NCBI GenBank assembly: GCA_964621445.1 | Contig: CAZUNO010000004.1 | Location: 1 to 64,000, forward strand | Direction of reading: 5' to 3' | Source: Candidatus Hadarchaeota archaeon | GTDB taxonomy: Archaea; CAYQAE01; CAYVLA01 | DNA: 64,000 nucleotides | In this document: positions 40,127 through 50,554 of the stretch, in pieces | How positions within the stretch are numbered: the stretch's first letter is position 1 | Layout: every line of letters begins with the position of its first letter | The notes under the pieces: generated by a model | Told to the model about the DNA's origin: nothing | What the model saw: only the letters and a program-made list of their open reading frames with translations | The model's database searches: none | Program-made: the position numbers and the translations under genes

Positions 40127-41344
40127 ATGGATAGGTATCTATCTTCCCTGATCACGGGTCCAAATGGACTTAAGCCGGACCCAATTAGGAGTTTTGTTAG
40201 ACGTGCTAACCAGTTGGAAGAGGAAACCGGTGAACCCATCACCAGGCTAAACATCGGACAGCCCGATCTCCCGCCCAGAAGGGTTCTAGAGGACTACCAG
40301 AGGGGCCTGAACCGGGAAGAGGTGGTGAACTCCAGCGGATATCCACCGGCAGAGGGCCTGCCTGACCTCAGGGCTGCCATAGCATCGATGGAGAGGAAAG
40401 TATTCCAGGTCTCGGCTGATGATTCCAGGATCTACGTAACCCTGGGTGGTTGCGGGGCTCTGAAATTCGTGTTCAAGGCCCTGGGAGGTAGATCCGGAAA
40501 GGAGAAGAACCTGATAGCCATGGCCCCCGGATGGGGGGTAATCTCCAATTTCGCCTGGGAATACGAGATTAAGGCGAACTTTGTCAATCTACAGACCGCT
40601 GACGGAAGCTTCAAGGCTGACAGGGCTCAGGAGATGGTGGACGGGGACACGGTGGCCATTTATGTTAACTCACCCAACAACCCCACGGGAAGCATCCTGT
40701 CTAGGAAAACGGTAAGGGATATCCTATCCTTCGCCAGGGATAACGATCTTTGGGTGATTTCCGATGAGGCCTATCAACACCTGATCCACGCCGGAACCCA
40801 GGAACACGCGTCATTCGCCTCCTTCGACGATTACTCTGACATGGTCTTCAAATGCACCTCCTTCTCCAAAATACTGAAACCAAATATCAGGCTGGGCGCA
40901 TTGGTGCTGCCCGAGGGCATACTGGATGACCTGAAGGACGAGTTCTACACCGCTCTTAGAAACGAGGGAGCCGGCGTACCTGCCGAATGTCAATCGGGAG
41001 CACTTGAGGTTCTGAAATCCGATCCTTCCCTGGCCTATATGGATGAGGTAAATGAGAGGTATAGGGAAAAGGTTGCGGCAGCTAAGGAGATACTTGAGGA
41101 TGCCGGCTGCAGCTTCAGGTCCTACAACGATCCCCAGGCCAGCTTCTATCTCTTCCCATATGTGCCCTACAAGGACTCCCGTGAGCTCGCAAATACCCTT
41201 CTGGAGGACGGGGTGAGCGTGGTTCCCGGGACCAGCTTCTACAGGGATTCCCATATGCGGGTAGCAATAGGAAATAATATGTCCGTATCCCAGGTCCGGG
41301 AAAGGATAGGAAAGGTGGCCTCTACCCTGGAGAGAGTTCTGTAA
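40127..41344 (+). CDS. PLP-dependent aminotransferase class I/II
   Basis: LNIGQPD, NSPNNPTG, SDEAY, SFSK....R.G. Confidence 0.93.
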   Translation: MDRYLSSLITGPNGLKPDPIRSFVRRANQLEEETGEPITRLNIGQPDLPPRRVLEDYQRGLNREEVVNSSGYPPAEGLPDLRAAIASMERKVFQVSADDSRIYVTLGGCGALKFVFKALGGRSGKEKNLIAMAPGWGVISNFAWEYEIKANFVNLQTADGSFKADRAQEMVDGDTVAIYVNSPNNPTGSILSRKTVRDILSFARDNDLWVISDEAYQHLIHAGTQEHASFASFDDYSDMVFKCTSFSKILKPNIRLGALVLPEGILDDLKDEFYTALRNEGAGVPAECQSGALEVLKSDPSLAYMDEVNERYREKVAAAKEILEDAGCSFRSYNDPQASFYLFPYVPYKDSRELANTLLEDGVSVVPGTSFYRDSHMRVAIGNNMSVSQVRERIGKVASTLERVL

Positions 41345-42512
41345 GAATATCCCCTATCCTGTGCACGGGTGCGTCGCTCTTAATTCCAGTTGGGCAAAAG
41401 TGGGTGTGAGTGACCTCGAACCCCTCCTTCCTCAGTCTGTCAATTACACCTTGGGTAGGGGGAACCGGAATGCCTTCCCTGCTCGAAAGGTCATGCAGAT
41501 CGTAAAAGGAGAAGAATTCGGCCTCCTCCAGGACCTGACTCAGTATATTATGGGATTCGGGTGATGTGCTGGAGTCAATCAAACGGAGGGCTCGCTTAAC
41601 GAATCTGGGGTCCTTGAGAGGACCGGTCCACAGGGGTCCGAAGGGCTCCATTTTCCTTCCACAGCATTTCCGGTAATGGGGGAGGAACCCCTCCTCGGCC
41701 TGGCGGGAGCCACACTCCCTGCAGTGAAACCCCCATCCCAGGCGCTGGAGGGCAAGGTCAGCCGAACTCTTAGATCCTCTTATCTCAAAATAGATCCTGT
41801 AGTAGTGAGCAGTCGCGTGTGAAAGTATGGGGATGGCGGCCTTTTCCATGGATGCGGCGCGCCTAACCGTGTAACCTGCAAGTATACGGATGCCGTTTTC
41901 GTGTTTATAGGAGGTTTTCAGGGGATGACACCCGTACCTTCTGCGACAGGTCCTGGGATATCTCCCGCAAAGAGTGGCCGTATCTGTGGCCGTTATGCAG
42001 AGCATTGAACGGTGTTTGGCAGAGCGGATTGAGGGGTCCAGAAACTGGGAGGGCGATCCGAAGGGGTCGACGTCCAGGATATCAAAGGTGTGTTTATTAC
42101 GGGCTAGGAATACCCGGGCCCCTTCTCTAGTTATGAATACCTTCTTTTTGCCGACCTTGCAGGTGGTCTTTCGATCCCCATGATCTAGATCCCGGATGTC
42201 GAAGTTCCGTTCAAGGTTTCCGAGAATGACCTCGTACGCGGTCTTCCTGATGTCATTCATGTATACCTCGTCAACCTCATCGAGTCCCAGGTACCTAAGT
42301 CCCCGTATACCGGTGGCTGCCAGGAAATCGCATGCGTTTAGAATTCTGCCCTGCCTTTCGGAGAACGCCCGGGCGGCGACGGTGGCGATGTCCCTGTTGC
42401 TGGACATTGCGGGGTTGTAGAAGGCCGGCATATCGGAGGTAACCTGTCCCGAACTGGAGGGAACGGTGATATGTATACCACCTTCGCTAAAGCTGGAGGA
42501 ATTCTGGGACAT
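41322..42512 (-). CDS. trm1: tRNA (guanine26-N2)-dimethyltransferase Trm1
   Basis: FYNP.M..NRD, ATGIRGLRY, D.DPFGSP, TATD, CxxC, GPLW.GPL, THF.PTGIK.DA. Confidence 0.95.
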   Translation of the reverse strand: MSQNSSSFSEGGIHITVPSSSGQVTSDMPAFYNPAMSSNRDIATVAARAFSERQGRILNACDFLAATGIRGLRYLGLDEVDEVYMNDIRKTAYEVILGNLERNFDIRDLDHGDRKTTCKVGKKKVFITREGARVFLARNKHTFDILDVDPFGSPSQFLDPSIRSAKHRSMLCITATDTATLCGRYPRTCRRRYGCHPLKTSYKHENGIRILAGYTVRRAASMEKAAIPILSHATAHYYRIYFEIRGSKSSADLALQRLGWGFHCRECGSRQAEEGFLPHYRKCCGRKMEPFGPLWTGPLKDPRFVKRALRLIDSSTSPESHNILSQVLEEAEFFSFYDLHDLSSREGIPVPPTQGVIDRLRKEGFEVTHTHFCPTGIKSDAPVHRIGDILTELSPG

Positions 42513-42539
42513 GGGAGCCTCCGTTATGATGTTTAGGAC

Positions 42540-43319
42540 CTATCTTCCCATCTTCTCCAGTATGTCGACGGGGATGGGAACCACGATGGTTCTGGCTTTT
42601 TCGGAGGCAGCCTCGGTTAAGGTGCCCAACAACCTGAGTTGAAGGGACCCGGGGCTGTCCTGCAGGGTCTGAGCGGCCTCGGCCAGCTGCATTGCGGCCT
42701 GCATCTCACCCTGTGCCTCGATGACCTTACCTCGCCTATCCCTCTCGGCCTCCGCTTGCTTGGCCATGGCCCTCTTCATGTTTTCCGGGACCTCGACGTT
42801 CTTGATCTCCACCGCGGATACCTTTATGCCCCATGGGTCGGTGGCGTCATCGATAAGCTCCTGGAGCTGGGCATTTAGCTTCTCCCTCTCCGAAAGTACC
42901 TCGTCCAGTGTAGCCTGCCCAATGACCACCCTCATGGCGGTCTGAGAATACAGGGAGGTTGCGGCGGAGTAGTTGGTGACCTGGACCACCGATTTCTCGG
43001 GGTCCATCACCCTGAAATAGACGACGGCATCAACCCTTACCGGAACGTTGTCCCTGGTAATGACCTCCTGGGAGGGCACGTCCATGACCGTGGTTCTAAG
43101 ATCCAACTTTACCATATTCTCAAAAATGGGTATTATGAAAAAAAGCCCTGGTCCACGGGCACCAACCAGCCTTCCCAGCCTGAAAATTACCCCTCTCTCG
43201 TACTCCTTGACGATCTTGATGGCAGCAGCGAGAAACATGACGACAAGAAAGAGGAGGGGTACCATTATGGTCCAAATGAAGCCGTTAGCCAAGGACTCAC
43301 CAACTATAGAAATCGCCAA
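42540..43319 (-). CDS. SPFH/stomatin (slipin) family protein
   Basis: EYERGVIFRLG, QEVITRDNV, WGIKV..VEIK, AMAKQAEAER. Confidence 0.96.
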   Translation of the reverse strand: MAISIVGESLANGFIWTIMVPLLFLVVMFLAAAIKIVKEYERGVIFRLGRLVGARGPGLFFIIPIFENMVKLDLRTTVMDVPSQEVITRDNVPVRVDAVVYFRVMDPEKSVVQVTNYSAATSLYSQTAMRVVIGQATLDEVLSEREKLNAQLQELIDDATDPWGIKVSAVEIKNVEVPENMKRAMAKQAEAERDRRGKVIEAQGEMQAAMQLAEAAQTLQDSPGSLQLRLLGTLTEAASEKARTIVVPIPVDILEKMGR

Positions 43320-43374
43320 TTGGGATATAAATCTTTGGCAGTTGACGAGAGAAAAACGACGTTTGGGCCGCTTC

Positions 43375-44724
43375 TCAGACCATATCCCTTTCCCTGACCT
43401 TGAGGGTCAGGCCCTTTCGGTCAACTATCTCCACTTCCCTCCCCTTGGGTATGGAGCCTTGCTGGGCCATTGCCTTCCAGATCTCACCCCTGACGCTAAC
43501 CTGTCCCTTGGGATCGAGATCGGAAGCCGTTTTCCCAGTCATTCCAACTAGCTCCTCCCCACCGGCCTTCACCGGTTCCTTCCTCCCTTTCATAACATAT
43601 CTCAGGCCGAACACGAAGAAGGCGGCCAGGCCGGCCACCAGGGCCAGGGCGGTGAGGGTGAAGCTCCTGTACCAGCTCCTTGGCATGTAGAAGTCCGGCA
43701 TGGTTCCCCCCTCCCAGCGCGGCGGTATGAATAGAACTCCCAGAACCAGGCAGATAATGGCCGCGGTTGTGAATAGGCCGAATGTAGGCGTGGCCGCCTC
43801 CGCCACCAGGAACACCATTCCCATCACCAGCAAGACCACCCCCACGATATTGGCTCCCACGATGCCCAGTCCAAATAGGGCCAAAACGATGCATATGGCC
43901 CCTGTAGTTTCCGGAACGTAGGTGCCGGGGGACATGAATCCGAATATGAGGCCATACATCCCGATCATCAGCAAAAGGTAGGACACGGTTGGGTTACTCA
44001 TGTAGTTGGTGAACCTCTCGGACATGGTAAGCCCGACCATCTCTATCTCAGCGTCGCTCAGGGTGATTTCCGGTTGGGTGCCGTCATTCAGGGTTCCGTG
44101 TATCCGGAATCCCTCTATCTTGGAAAGAAGGTGGGACGCATTCTGGGCCACGAAGTCCACCACGCCCTCCTCCAGGGCCTCGCTCTCGGTTAGGACCAGG
44201 TTCTTGGTTATGAAGTCAACGCATATATCCACGGGCCTGCCGGTCAAGTTCGCGGTGGACTCCATCTTGCCTATGATGAATGACTTGGTCTTGTTCGGGG
44301 CTGGTTGGACCTGTCCACTGGGGTCATAGCCGGTTATGGGCTCGGCAGCCCCTATGGCGGTTCCCGGTGACATGGCGGCAATGTGGGAGGCCACGGTTAT
44401 GAAGGCCCCGGCCGATGCGGCATCGGCGCCCCGGGGTCCAACATAGACGATAACCGGGACCTGGGATGAGTATATAAGCTTAATGATCTCGAACATGGAA
44501 TCCACGCTGCCCCCTGGGGTGTCGAGCATCACCAGGGCCGCGGCAGCACCGTCCTCCTCCGACATGGTAATTATCTTGTCGAACTGCGAGACGGTGGGAG
44601 GTCCGATATAGTCGGCCTTGAGTTCCATGAGGTAAACGAATTTCTCCGACCACACGGGGTTGGTAAGAGCCAGTATGGCCACCAGGAGAATGCCAATTCT
44701 CAGGAACTTTGGTGCCCGTTTCAT
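43375..44724 (-). CDS. nfeD: NfeD-family membrane-bound serine protease
   Basis: DTPGG, AASAG, GAAEP; TM bundle; C-terminal OB domain (G.V.VRGEIW.A); adjacent to stomatin. Confidence 0.93.
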   Translation of the reverse strand: MKRAPKFLRIGILLVAILALTNPVWSEKFVYLMELKADYIGPPTVSQFDKIITMSEEDGAAAALVMLDTPGGSVDSMFEIIKLIYSSQVPVIVYVGPRGADAASAGAFITVASHIAAMSPGTAIGAAEPITGYDPSGQVQPAPNKTKSFIIGKMESTANLTGRPVDICVDFITKNLVLTESEALEEGVVDFVAQNASHLLSKIEGFRIHGTLNDGTQPEITLSDAEIEMVGLTMSERFTNYMSNPTVSYLLLMIGMYGLIFGFMSPGTYVPETTGAICIVLALFGLGIVGANIVGVVLLVMGMVFLVAEAATPTFGLFTTAAIICLVLGVLFIPPRWEGGTMPDFYMPRSWYRSFTLTALALVAGLAAFFVFGLRYVMKGRKEPVKAGGEELVGMTGKTASDLDPKGQVSVRGEIWKAMAQQGSIPKGREVEIVDRKGLTLKVRERDMV

Positions 44725-44776
44725 AATCCGCTTTGGAATGGATTCTTTCCGATTTAAATCCTTCTTGGTGCAATGT

Positions 44777-45601
44777 TTAGTGTTGGCAAGTGGTTGAGAA
44801 GGGCTGGGGCAATCTGGTGGCCGCGGAACGCGTGGCCTTTCTACATCGGGGGGAGCTGAGGATCTCCCTGGCCGCGGATCTACCTTCCAGAAGTGGCCTG
44901 GCCATGGAAACCAGGTTAGCACCGGCGTCAAGCATGGCCAGGAAGTCCTGGGGGGACCTTACCGAGTTGTTGCCAATTATGCATAGGGAGGTCTGCTTCC
45001 TAATCTCCCGCAAGAGATCAATATCGGCCTCCGGTTTGCCCGGGGTCATGAGATCCAGGTGTATTCCGGCTGCGCCATTGGCTTCCATGGAGCTAGACAT
45101 ACTGGACGGGTACCGTATGGCCCGGACCTTCATCGTGGTTGGAATTTGACTGGAGCATATATCCACCGCCCTAGCCAGATCCTGGGGCCTGTCGAGAAGG
45201 GCCTGTCCGGCCCCACGAACGGTGAATTCGGGCTGTCTGCAGTGTGCATTTAACTCGACCATGTCCACAGAACCCCTGAGCTCCCTGCATATCTCTGCCA
45301 GGTTATCGATGGTCGAAAACCTCAGGTTTACGCATATGGCGGCTCCCGTCTCCCGGGCAATATCCGCCTGCCGGGAGATTACCTCCGATACCTCGCTGGG
45401 TTTGTATAGGAATTCCTTTCTTCTCTTGCCCGCCTCCAGCGAGGCGTGGTGGGTTGGACCATCAACGTTATAGCCTCCCAGGGTGACGACCCCAATACCA
45501 GCCCGTCCCATTTCCCTGCAGAACCTGCCATCGGAGTAACCGGCCATTGCCGATTGTACCAGGAGATTTCGAAGCTTAATCAAAGATGTCTCAGCTCCCA
45601 T
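44777..45601 (-). CDS. Archaeal Dus-like TIM-barrel flavoprotein (MJ0144/NifR3-related)
   Basis: SAMAG..D, ELNAHCRQPE, G.G..LL, IIGNNSV, GA..VS.AR. Confidence 0.85.
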   Translation of the reverse strand: MGAETSLIKLRNLLVQSAMAGYSDGRFCREMGRAGIGVVTLGGYNVDGPTHHASLEAGKRRKEFLYKPSEVSEVISRQADIARETGAAICVNLRFSTIDNLAEICRELRGSVDMVELNAHCRQPEFTVRGAGQALLDRPQDLARAVDICSSQIPTTMKVRAIRYPSSMSSSMEANGAAGIHLDLMTPGKPEADIDLLREIRKQTSLCIIGNNSVRSPQDFLAMLDAGANLVSMARPLLEGRSAAREILSSPRCRKATRSAATRLPQPFSTTCQH

Positions 45602-46821
45602 CAGTAGGGCCAGGAGGTCTTGAAAAGGAAGGCAACGACAGCCATCAAGCCCAGCAGAACGCCGATAACCAGTATGGCCAGTAGGGGGGAGGGACCAACT
45701 CTGAGTACCTGGTAGGCCCTGATAAGGGTCATGGCCCCGATTACCTGGACCTCTAGATCACCCATCACCCCGCCCCCCACCTGGTCCTTGAATGCACCGC
45801 TTTCATCATCGTATGCCTTCCTCAGTACGGAGTTGAGAACGTCCTGGCCACGGCGCAGGTATTTCTCCTCCAGGGTTACCTGATAGGCGTATAGGTAACC
45901 GGTCACCAGCAGAAGGTGGTCCACGGTATTGCGCCTTTCGGACTCCACCAGTTCGCCGGACTCGGAGACCGCCTCATAAAAGGTCTTGCTCAGCTCATCG
46001 CCCATCCGGCTAACGATGATGAAGAAGATATCCTTGGCCCTCTGAAGGTAATCCCTCCTATTGGTCACGTCATAAGCCGACAGGTAGGCCATCGCTCCCA
46101 GGGCATGGTCCTCACAGTATCTCCTGGGGTCATCCTCACCCCGAATGTATCCGTAGTTGCTCTGGTCCCAGTACTTCTCGGAGGCCGCCAGTATCTCCTT
46201 GGCGGCATCCAGGTAGGACTGGTTTCCATCGACTTTGTGGGCTATGAATAGGGTGTAGGCCGTCCTGAAATACAGGGCGGGGGACCGGCTCTCCGGGCCC
46301 TCGGTGCTCTGATTGTAAATCCAGGTCCTGACATCACGCTGGTTTTCCCGGGGGATGGTGAGATTTCGTATCAGGAAGTCGGTGAGATTTCGGTAGCCAC
46401 GCTCGTATTTGGTTTCCCCGGTATTTCTGTAGGCCTCAAGATAGGCCTGTATGGTGTTAATTTGTTCCCAGGTATAGAAGCCTTCCGTGCCGTTCAATAA
46501 TCTGTAGCAACCGCCTTCCGGCGATACGTATCCTGAGAGATAGTCCATCACGTCGCGGGCCCGGCGGAGGTCCGTGCCGTGTCGGGTGGAATTGTAGAGC
46601 TTGAAATGTGCGGTTGCCACCAGCGCCTGTTCATGTCCGAGCTTCATGGGTTTACCGTAGGGATTGGAGAGATACCCCTTCCCGTTCGGATCCCAGAACT
46701 CATCCTCTACGAAATCCAGGACTGCCCTGCTCTGATGGGCATATTCCGCCTTCCTCTCCCTAACCAGGTTGCTCTGCGCTAGGAGAATTAAGAGAACGAT
46801 CAGGAAACGTGACCCCCACAT
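45601..46821 (-). CDS. Membrane-anchored (alpha/alpha)6 toroid protein (AGE/GH76/YyaL-like)
   Basis: Signal peptide; repeated AY..T....YL..A helices; WD....GY; C-terminal TM. Confidence 0.75.
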   Translation of the reverse strand: MWGSRFLIVLLILLAQSNLVRERKAEYAHQSRAVLDFVEDEFWDPNGKGYLSNPYGKPMKLGHEQALVATAHFKLYNSTRHGTDLRRARDVMDYLSGYVSPEGGCYRLLNGTEGFYTWEQINTIQAYLEAYRNTGETKYERGYRNLTDFLIRNLTIPRENQRDVRTWIYNQSTEGPESRSPALYFRTAYTLFIAHKVDGNQSYLDAAKEILAASEKYWDQSNYGYIRGEDDPRRYCEDHALGAMAYLSAYDVTNRRDYLQRAKDIFFIIVSRMGDELSKTFYEAVSESGELVESERRNTVDHLLLVTGYLYAYQVTLEEKYLRRGQDVLNSVLRKAYDDESGAFKDQVGGGVMGDLEVQVIGAMTLIRAYQVLRVGPSPLLAILVIGVLLGLMAVVAFLFKTSWPY

Positions 46822-46917
46822 GGTCTTTCTCCTTTATCCATATCTAGTTCATACCATAAATATGACTTGTTACAGGGGTACAGGTCGCCTTGCCATAACC
46901 TACAATCATCTGCACGG

Positions 46918-46929
46918 GAAAAGATATAA
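46918..46929 (+). promoter_or_regulatory. BRE/TATA promoter element (GAAAAGATATAA)
   Basis: Purine-rich BRE plus TATA about 25 nt before the ATG at 46954. Confidence 0.55.
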
Positions 46930-46953
46930 CCGATCGCCCTCCTGGAGTTGGCC

Positions 46954-48003
46954 ATGGAGGATATCGGATTGGGGTTCGGTATGAGTGGACTATCCGTAAT
47001 CAGGGATGAGAAGACAAGATCTATATCGGCGGAGAATCCCGGGGGCCAGCCGGGTATGGGAGCAACCGAGTCGCCGGATGGAGGGCCTGCTTCGGAGCTA
47101 GGAAAGGGTTGGAAGGTCAGGCCATGTATCGATCTTCCCCAGGGATCGGTTACCACCTTGGCCGATATTGAGGGACCCGGGACCATCAAGCATATATGGA
47201 TGACGGTGGATAGCAAGGCCTACCGGACCTGTGTTCTTCGCTTCTATTGGGACGGGGAAAAGGAACCCTCAATCGAGGTTCCCCTGGGTGACTTCTTCGT
47301 ATGCGGCCACGGACTTAGATATAGGGTTAATAGCCTGCCCGTGGCCGTCAACCCCTGCGGGGGATTCAACTGCTATTGGCCAATGCCCTTCGGGAAGAGG
47401 GCCAAGGTAACCATAGAGAACCAGGGATGGGAGGACATATCGGGATTTTTCTACCAGATAACCTACTCGCTTGGGGATATACCAGAAAGGTCGGCCTATC
47501 TCCACGCTCAGTGGAAAAGATCGGTAACCACCAGACGCGAACCACGACACGTGATACTGGACGGGGTGAGGGGAAGAGGACACTACGTGGGCACATTCAT
47601 CTCCTGGACCCAGCTATCTAATGGTTGGTGGGGAGAGGGTGAGGTAAAGTTCTACATTGATGGTGACCGTGAAAACCCCACGATTTGCGGTACGGGAACC
47701 GAGGACTATTTCGGTGGTGCATGGGGATTCGGGGACACCTATTCCACGCCGTTCCTGGGCTACCCTCTATGGAGAAAGGAACCGGGGGAGGTGCCCAAAC
47801 ATGCGCTCTACAGGTGGCATATACCGGACCCTATCAGGTTTCAGGAAGACCTTAGAGCCACCATACAGGCCCTTGGCTGGTGGCCTAACGGGAAGTTTCA
47901 GCCGCTGGCCGATGATGTCTCGTCGGTGGCCTATTGGTACCAGGAAGAGCCCCATGGTCCGTTCCCCGAATTACCATCCGTTGAGTCAAGATTCCCCCGG
48001 TAA
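46954..48003 (+). CDS. DUF2961 / GH172-family glycoside hydrolase
   Basis: SISAENP.G..G.G, GPG.I.HIWMT, PLGDFF, WWGEGEVKFY.DGD, GTGTEDYF, YRWH..DPI.F. Confidence 0.93.
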   Translation: MEDIGLGFGMSGLSVIRDEKTRSISAENPGGQPGMGATESPDGGPASELGKGWKVRPCIDLPQGSVTTLADIEGPGTIKHIWMTVDSKAYRTCVLRFYWDGEKEPSIEVPLGDFFVCGHGLRYRVNSLPVAVNPCGGFNCYWPMPFGKRAKVTIENQGWEDISGFFYQITYSLGDIPERSAYLHAQWKRSVTTRREPRHVILDGVRGRGHYVGTFISWTQLSNGWWGEGEVKFYIDGDRENPTICGTGTEDYFGGAWGFGDTYSTPFLGYPLWRKEPGEVPKHALYRWHIPDPIRFQEDLRATIQALGWWPNGKFQPLADDVSSVAYWYQEEPHGPFPELPSVESRFPR

Positions 48004-48091
48004 ATGGTACATTTCCTAGGGAATAGAGAAGGTCACTTTCCGATAATCCATCCATTTAAGTGAGAAGAAAAAGGAAAATTCAGTGGTAGAC

Positions 48092-49069
48092 ATGCCAAAT
48101 TTTGGACTTGGAGTTTGGTCGCACAGGATAGGCGATTTTGGATCGGAGGGTGAGATACAGGATCACGTTGATCGTCTTGCAGAGGGAGGTTTTGACATCC
48201 TGATACCTTGTGTCAAGAATCCTCCCGGCGCGGTTGATTTCCGGACCGATCTGGCAAATGTAAACCCCTCGTATCCGGATTGGGATCCGCTCGGCGTTCT
48301 GGTTGACGCATGCAGGGAAAGTGGCCTGGATATCCATCCCTGGTTTTGTGTATTTCCGGAAGGCCAGGAATCAAGGCTCCTTGAGGAACATCCCGAGTTC
48401 GAGGCCAAGATAGACGGAAACAGGAGATGGGCCTGTGCCTGCAGACCCGAGGTTCAGAACTACGTATTCAATCTCTACAAGGATCTCAGCGAGAACTACG
48501 ATCCATCGGGGCTTCACCTGGACTATATCCGGACAGGCGGGATATGCCGATGCGATTACTGCCGGGATCAGATGGAGCAAAAAGGCGTGGATATAGAAAG
48601 CGTTGAGTTTAGGGATCCGGAGTCGGAGAAATGGGTCAATTGGCGTTCCTCCCGGATAACCGACTTCGTGAGACGGATGAGAAAGTACACCTCCAGCAGG
48701 AACATGGAGTTATCAGCGGCGGTGTTCGCCGATTATCCCCGATCGGTGCGTTCCCAGGGGCAGGACTGGGTTCAATGGGCCGACCTTGGCCTTGTTGATT
48801 ACCTGTTCCCCATGAACTACACAAACTCGCTTCTGGCTTGCGTGTCAAGAACCATATGTCACAATGCCATAATTGGCAAAAGAGTTCCCCTGTGGGAGGG
48901 TCTTGGTAAGTACAGCAGCGCCTCACAGCTGACCAGGGAGGCGCTAGGAGAGCAGATAAAGGGTGTTTTGGATGCGGGAGCAGACGGGGTGGTTCTCTTT
49001 CATTACGGCGCGTTAACCGATGAGGATATCGATGAGATCAAGTTGATACGCTCCGAATCCCCTCAGTGA
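48092..49069 (+). CDS. Glycoside hydrolase-like GHL10 (DUF187) protein
   Basis: WDPL......C...GL.IHPW, PEV, GLHLDYIR, SAAVF, GQDW..W...G.VD...PM.Y. Confidence 0.88.
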   Translation: MPNFGLGVWSHRIGDFGSEGEIQDHVDRLAEGGFDILIPCVKNPPGAVDFRTDLANVNPSYPDWDPLGVLVDACRESGLDIHPWFCVFPEGQESRLLEEHPEFEAKIDGNRRWACACRPEVQNYVFNLYKDLSENYDPSGLHLDYIRTGGICRCDYCRDQMEQKGVDIESVEFRDPESEKWVNWRSSRITDFVRRMRKYTSSRNMELSAAVFADYPRSVRSQGQDWVQWADLGLVDYLFPMNYTNSLLACVSRTICHNAIIGKRVPLWEGLGKYSSASQLTREALGEQIKGVLDAGADGVVLFHYGALTDEDIDEIKLIRSESPQ

Positions 49070-49088
49070 AACGGGCTCTTAGCTATGA

Positions 49089-49673
49089 TTACCCTGAATC
49101 CAGCGACTCCAATTCCTCGCCCAGCTCTGAAATGGGGTTTTCGGAGTCATCTATCCTGATCTTGAGATCCCAACTTCCCCCCGCGAGGAGAGCGGCTGAT
49201 CTCTCACCCCGTTTGTCCCCGCCCTCTTTTGACCCCTCGATGAGTGCATGGACCAGTTTCCAGGGAAAGCTATTCCCCTTTCCGTATCCCGATGCCATCT
49301 TGGGGGCGACATCCTCGGTTTCCAGAAGATTTCCAATGCAGATAATTCCATCGGCTTGGTAAAGGCTGGTGTAGGCGGGACATTTACCTCCGGTATGTAT
49401 CCCATTTCTACCCTGCATATCCATCATTGCCACCTGCCTCTTTTCCCTGCCCCGGTTCTCATCCAGGAGCAATTTCAGGGTTTCTCGGGGCCTATGGCCC
49501 TTCCCCATGAGTTCAAGCCCCCGCTTTCCGTAATATGTTTTTGTGTATCCCTGGGTTGCTACCGATCCCACCCCGCTTTTTAACCATGGGACCCTTTTCC
49601 CGACCCCCTTGGAACCGGAGGCCACGGCAACTCCAATTGAATCATCGGTGAGGGCTATTATGGAGAAGGTCAT
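49089..49673 (-). CDS. DUF1028-family Ntn-hydrolase-like protein
   Basis: MTFSI.A, GVAVAS, VATQ, RQ, GN.L, GGDKRG..SAAL. Confidence 0.9.
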   Translation of the reverse strand: MTFSIIALTDDSIGVAVASGSKGVGKRVPWLKSGVGSVATQGYTKTYYGKRGLELMGKGHRPRETLKLLLDENRGREKRQVAMMDMQGRNGIHTGGKCPAYTSLYQADGIICIGNLLETEDVAPKMASGYGKGNSFPWKLVHALIEGSKEGGDKRGERSAALLAGGSWDLKIRIDDSENPISELGEELESLDSG

Positions 49674-49749
49674 ACGAATCAGTTTCAGGCATGGTTTTTG
49701 TATGTTTAGAACCCTAAATTACTTGAGTCAATAAAGGGGAAGTTGGGAT

Positions 49750-50544
49750 ATGGGAGCCTTGAGGACCGAGGGAAGGCTGGCTATTATCGAGGGGAAGGAT
49801 CGTCCCGAGCTGCTCATCGCGGGGGATATCCACGGGGATCTTTCCAATTTCCAGCATATTGAGGAGCTTTTCCTACGGAAACCCGAGTCGATCCTGATAC
49901 TACTTGGGGACTACGCCGACAGGGGTTCCCGCGGTCTGGAGGTGGTAGAGGGGCTGGGGGAATTGATGAGGGATAACCAGGGACGAGTAATCGCCCTGAA
50001 GGGAAACCATGAGGATTACCGGGAGGGAACCCCGAAATTCCACCCCTGCACCCTGATATCGGAGGTCGAGGGGAAGAGGAGAATTCCCTGGAGCGATTTC
50101 TATCCCGAATTTGAGGAATTCCTTGACTCACTTTTCCTGGCAGCAGTGGTTCCAGGATTTTTTCTCATGCTTCACGGGGGTATTTCAAGAGATATAACCA
50201 CCATGTCGGACCTAAAGGATCCTCCACGGGCACTGGAGAAGGACATCCTCTGGAGTGATCCCTCCGGAAGTGAGGGCCAGGGACCCAATCCCAGAGGAGC
50301 TGGAGTATTGTTCGGGCCGGATATATCCGAACAGGTCCTCAAGGAAATAGATGTAAATGCTCTGATAAGGGGCCATCAGCCAAGGAAGGCTAGGGAAGGA
50401 CCTTCCGTAGATCACTCGGGACGCGTGGTGACCGTGAGCTCAACCAGCGTTTACGGCGGTAGACCATTTGTCCTGGATATTGACCTAGATAAATATGGAG
50501 GGTCCTGGTTACAAAACTCGGTCTGGTACCTGGATCGGGGGTAG
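49750..50544 (+). CDS. PPP-family Ser/Thr protein phosphatase
   Basis: GDIHG, GDYADRG, GNHE, HGG, LWSDP, RGAG..FG, IRGH. Confidence 0.93.
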   Translation: MGALRTEGRLAIIEGKDRPELLIAGDIHGDLSNFQHIEELFLRKPESILILLGDYADRGSRGLEVVEGLGELMRDNQGRVIALKGNHEDYREGTPKFHPCTLISEVEGKRRIPWSDFYPEFEEFLDSLFLAAVVPGFFLMLHGGISRDITTMSDLKDPPRALEKDILWSDPSGSEGQGPNPRGAGVLFGPDISEQVLKEIDVNALIRGHQPRKAREGPSVDHSGRVVTVSSTSVYGGRPFVLDIDLDKYGGSWLQNSVWYLDRG

Positions 50545-50554
50545 GCCGAGCTGG

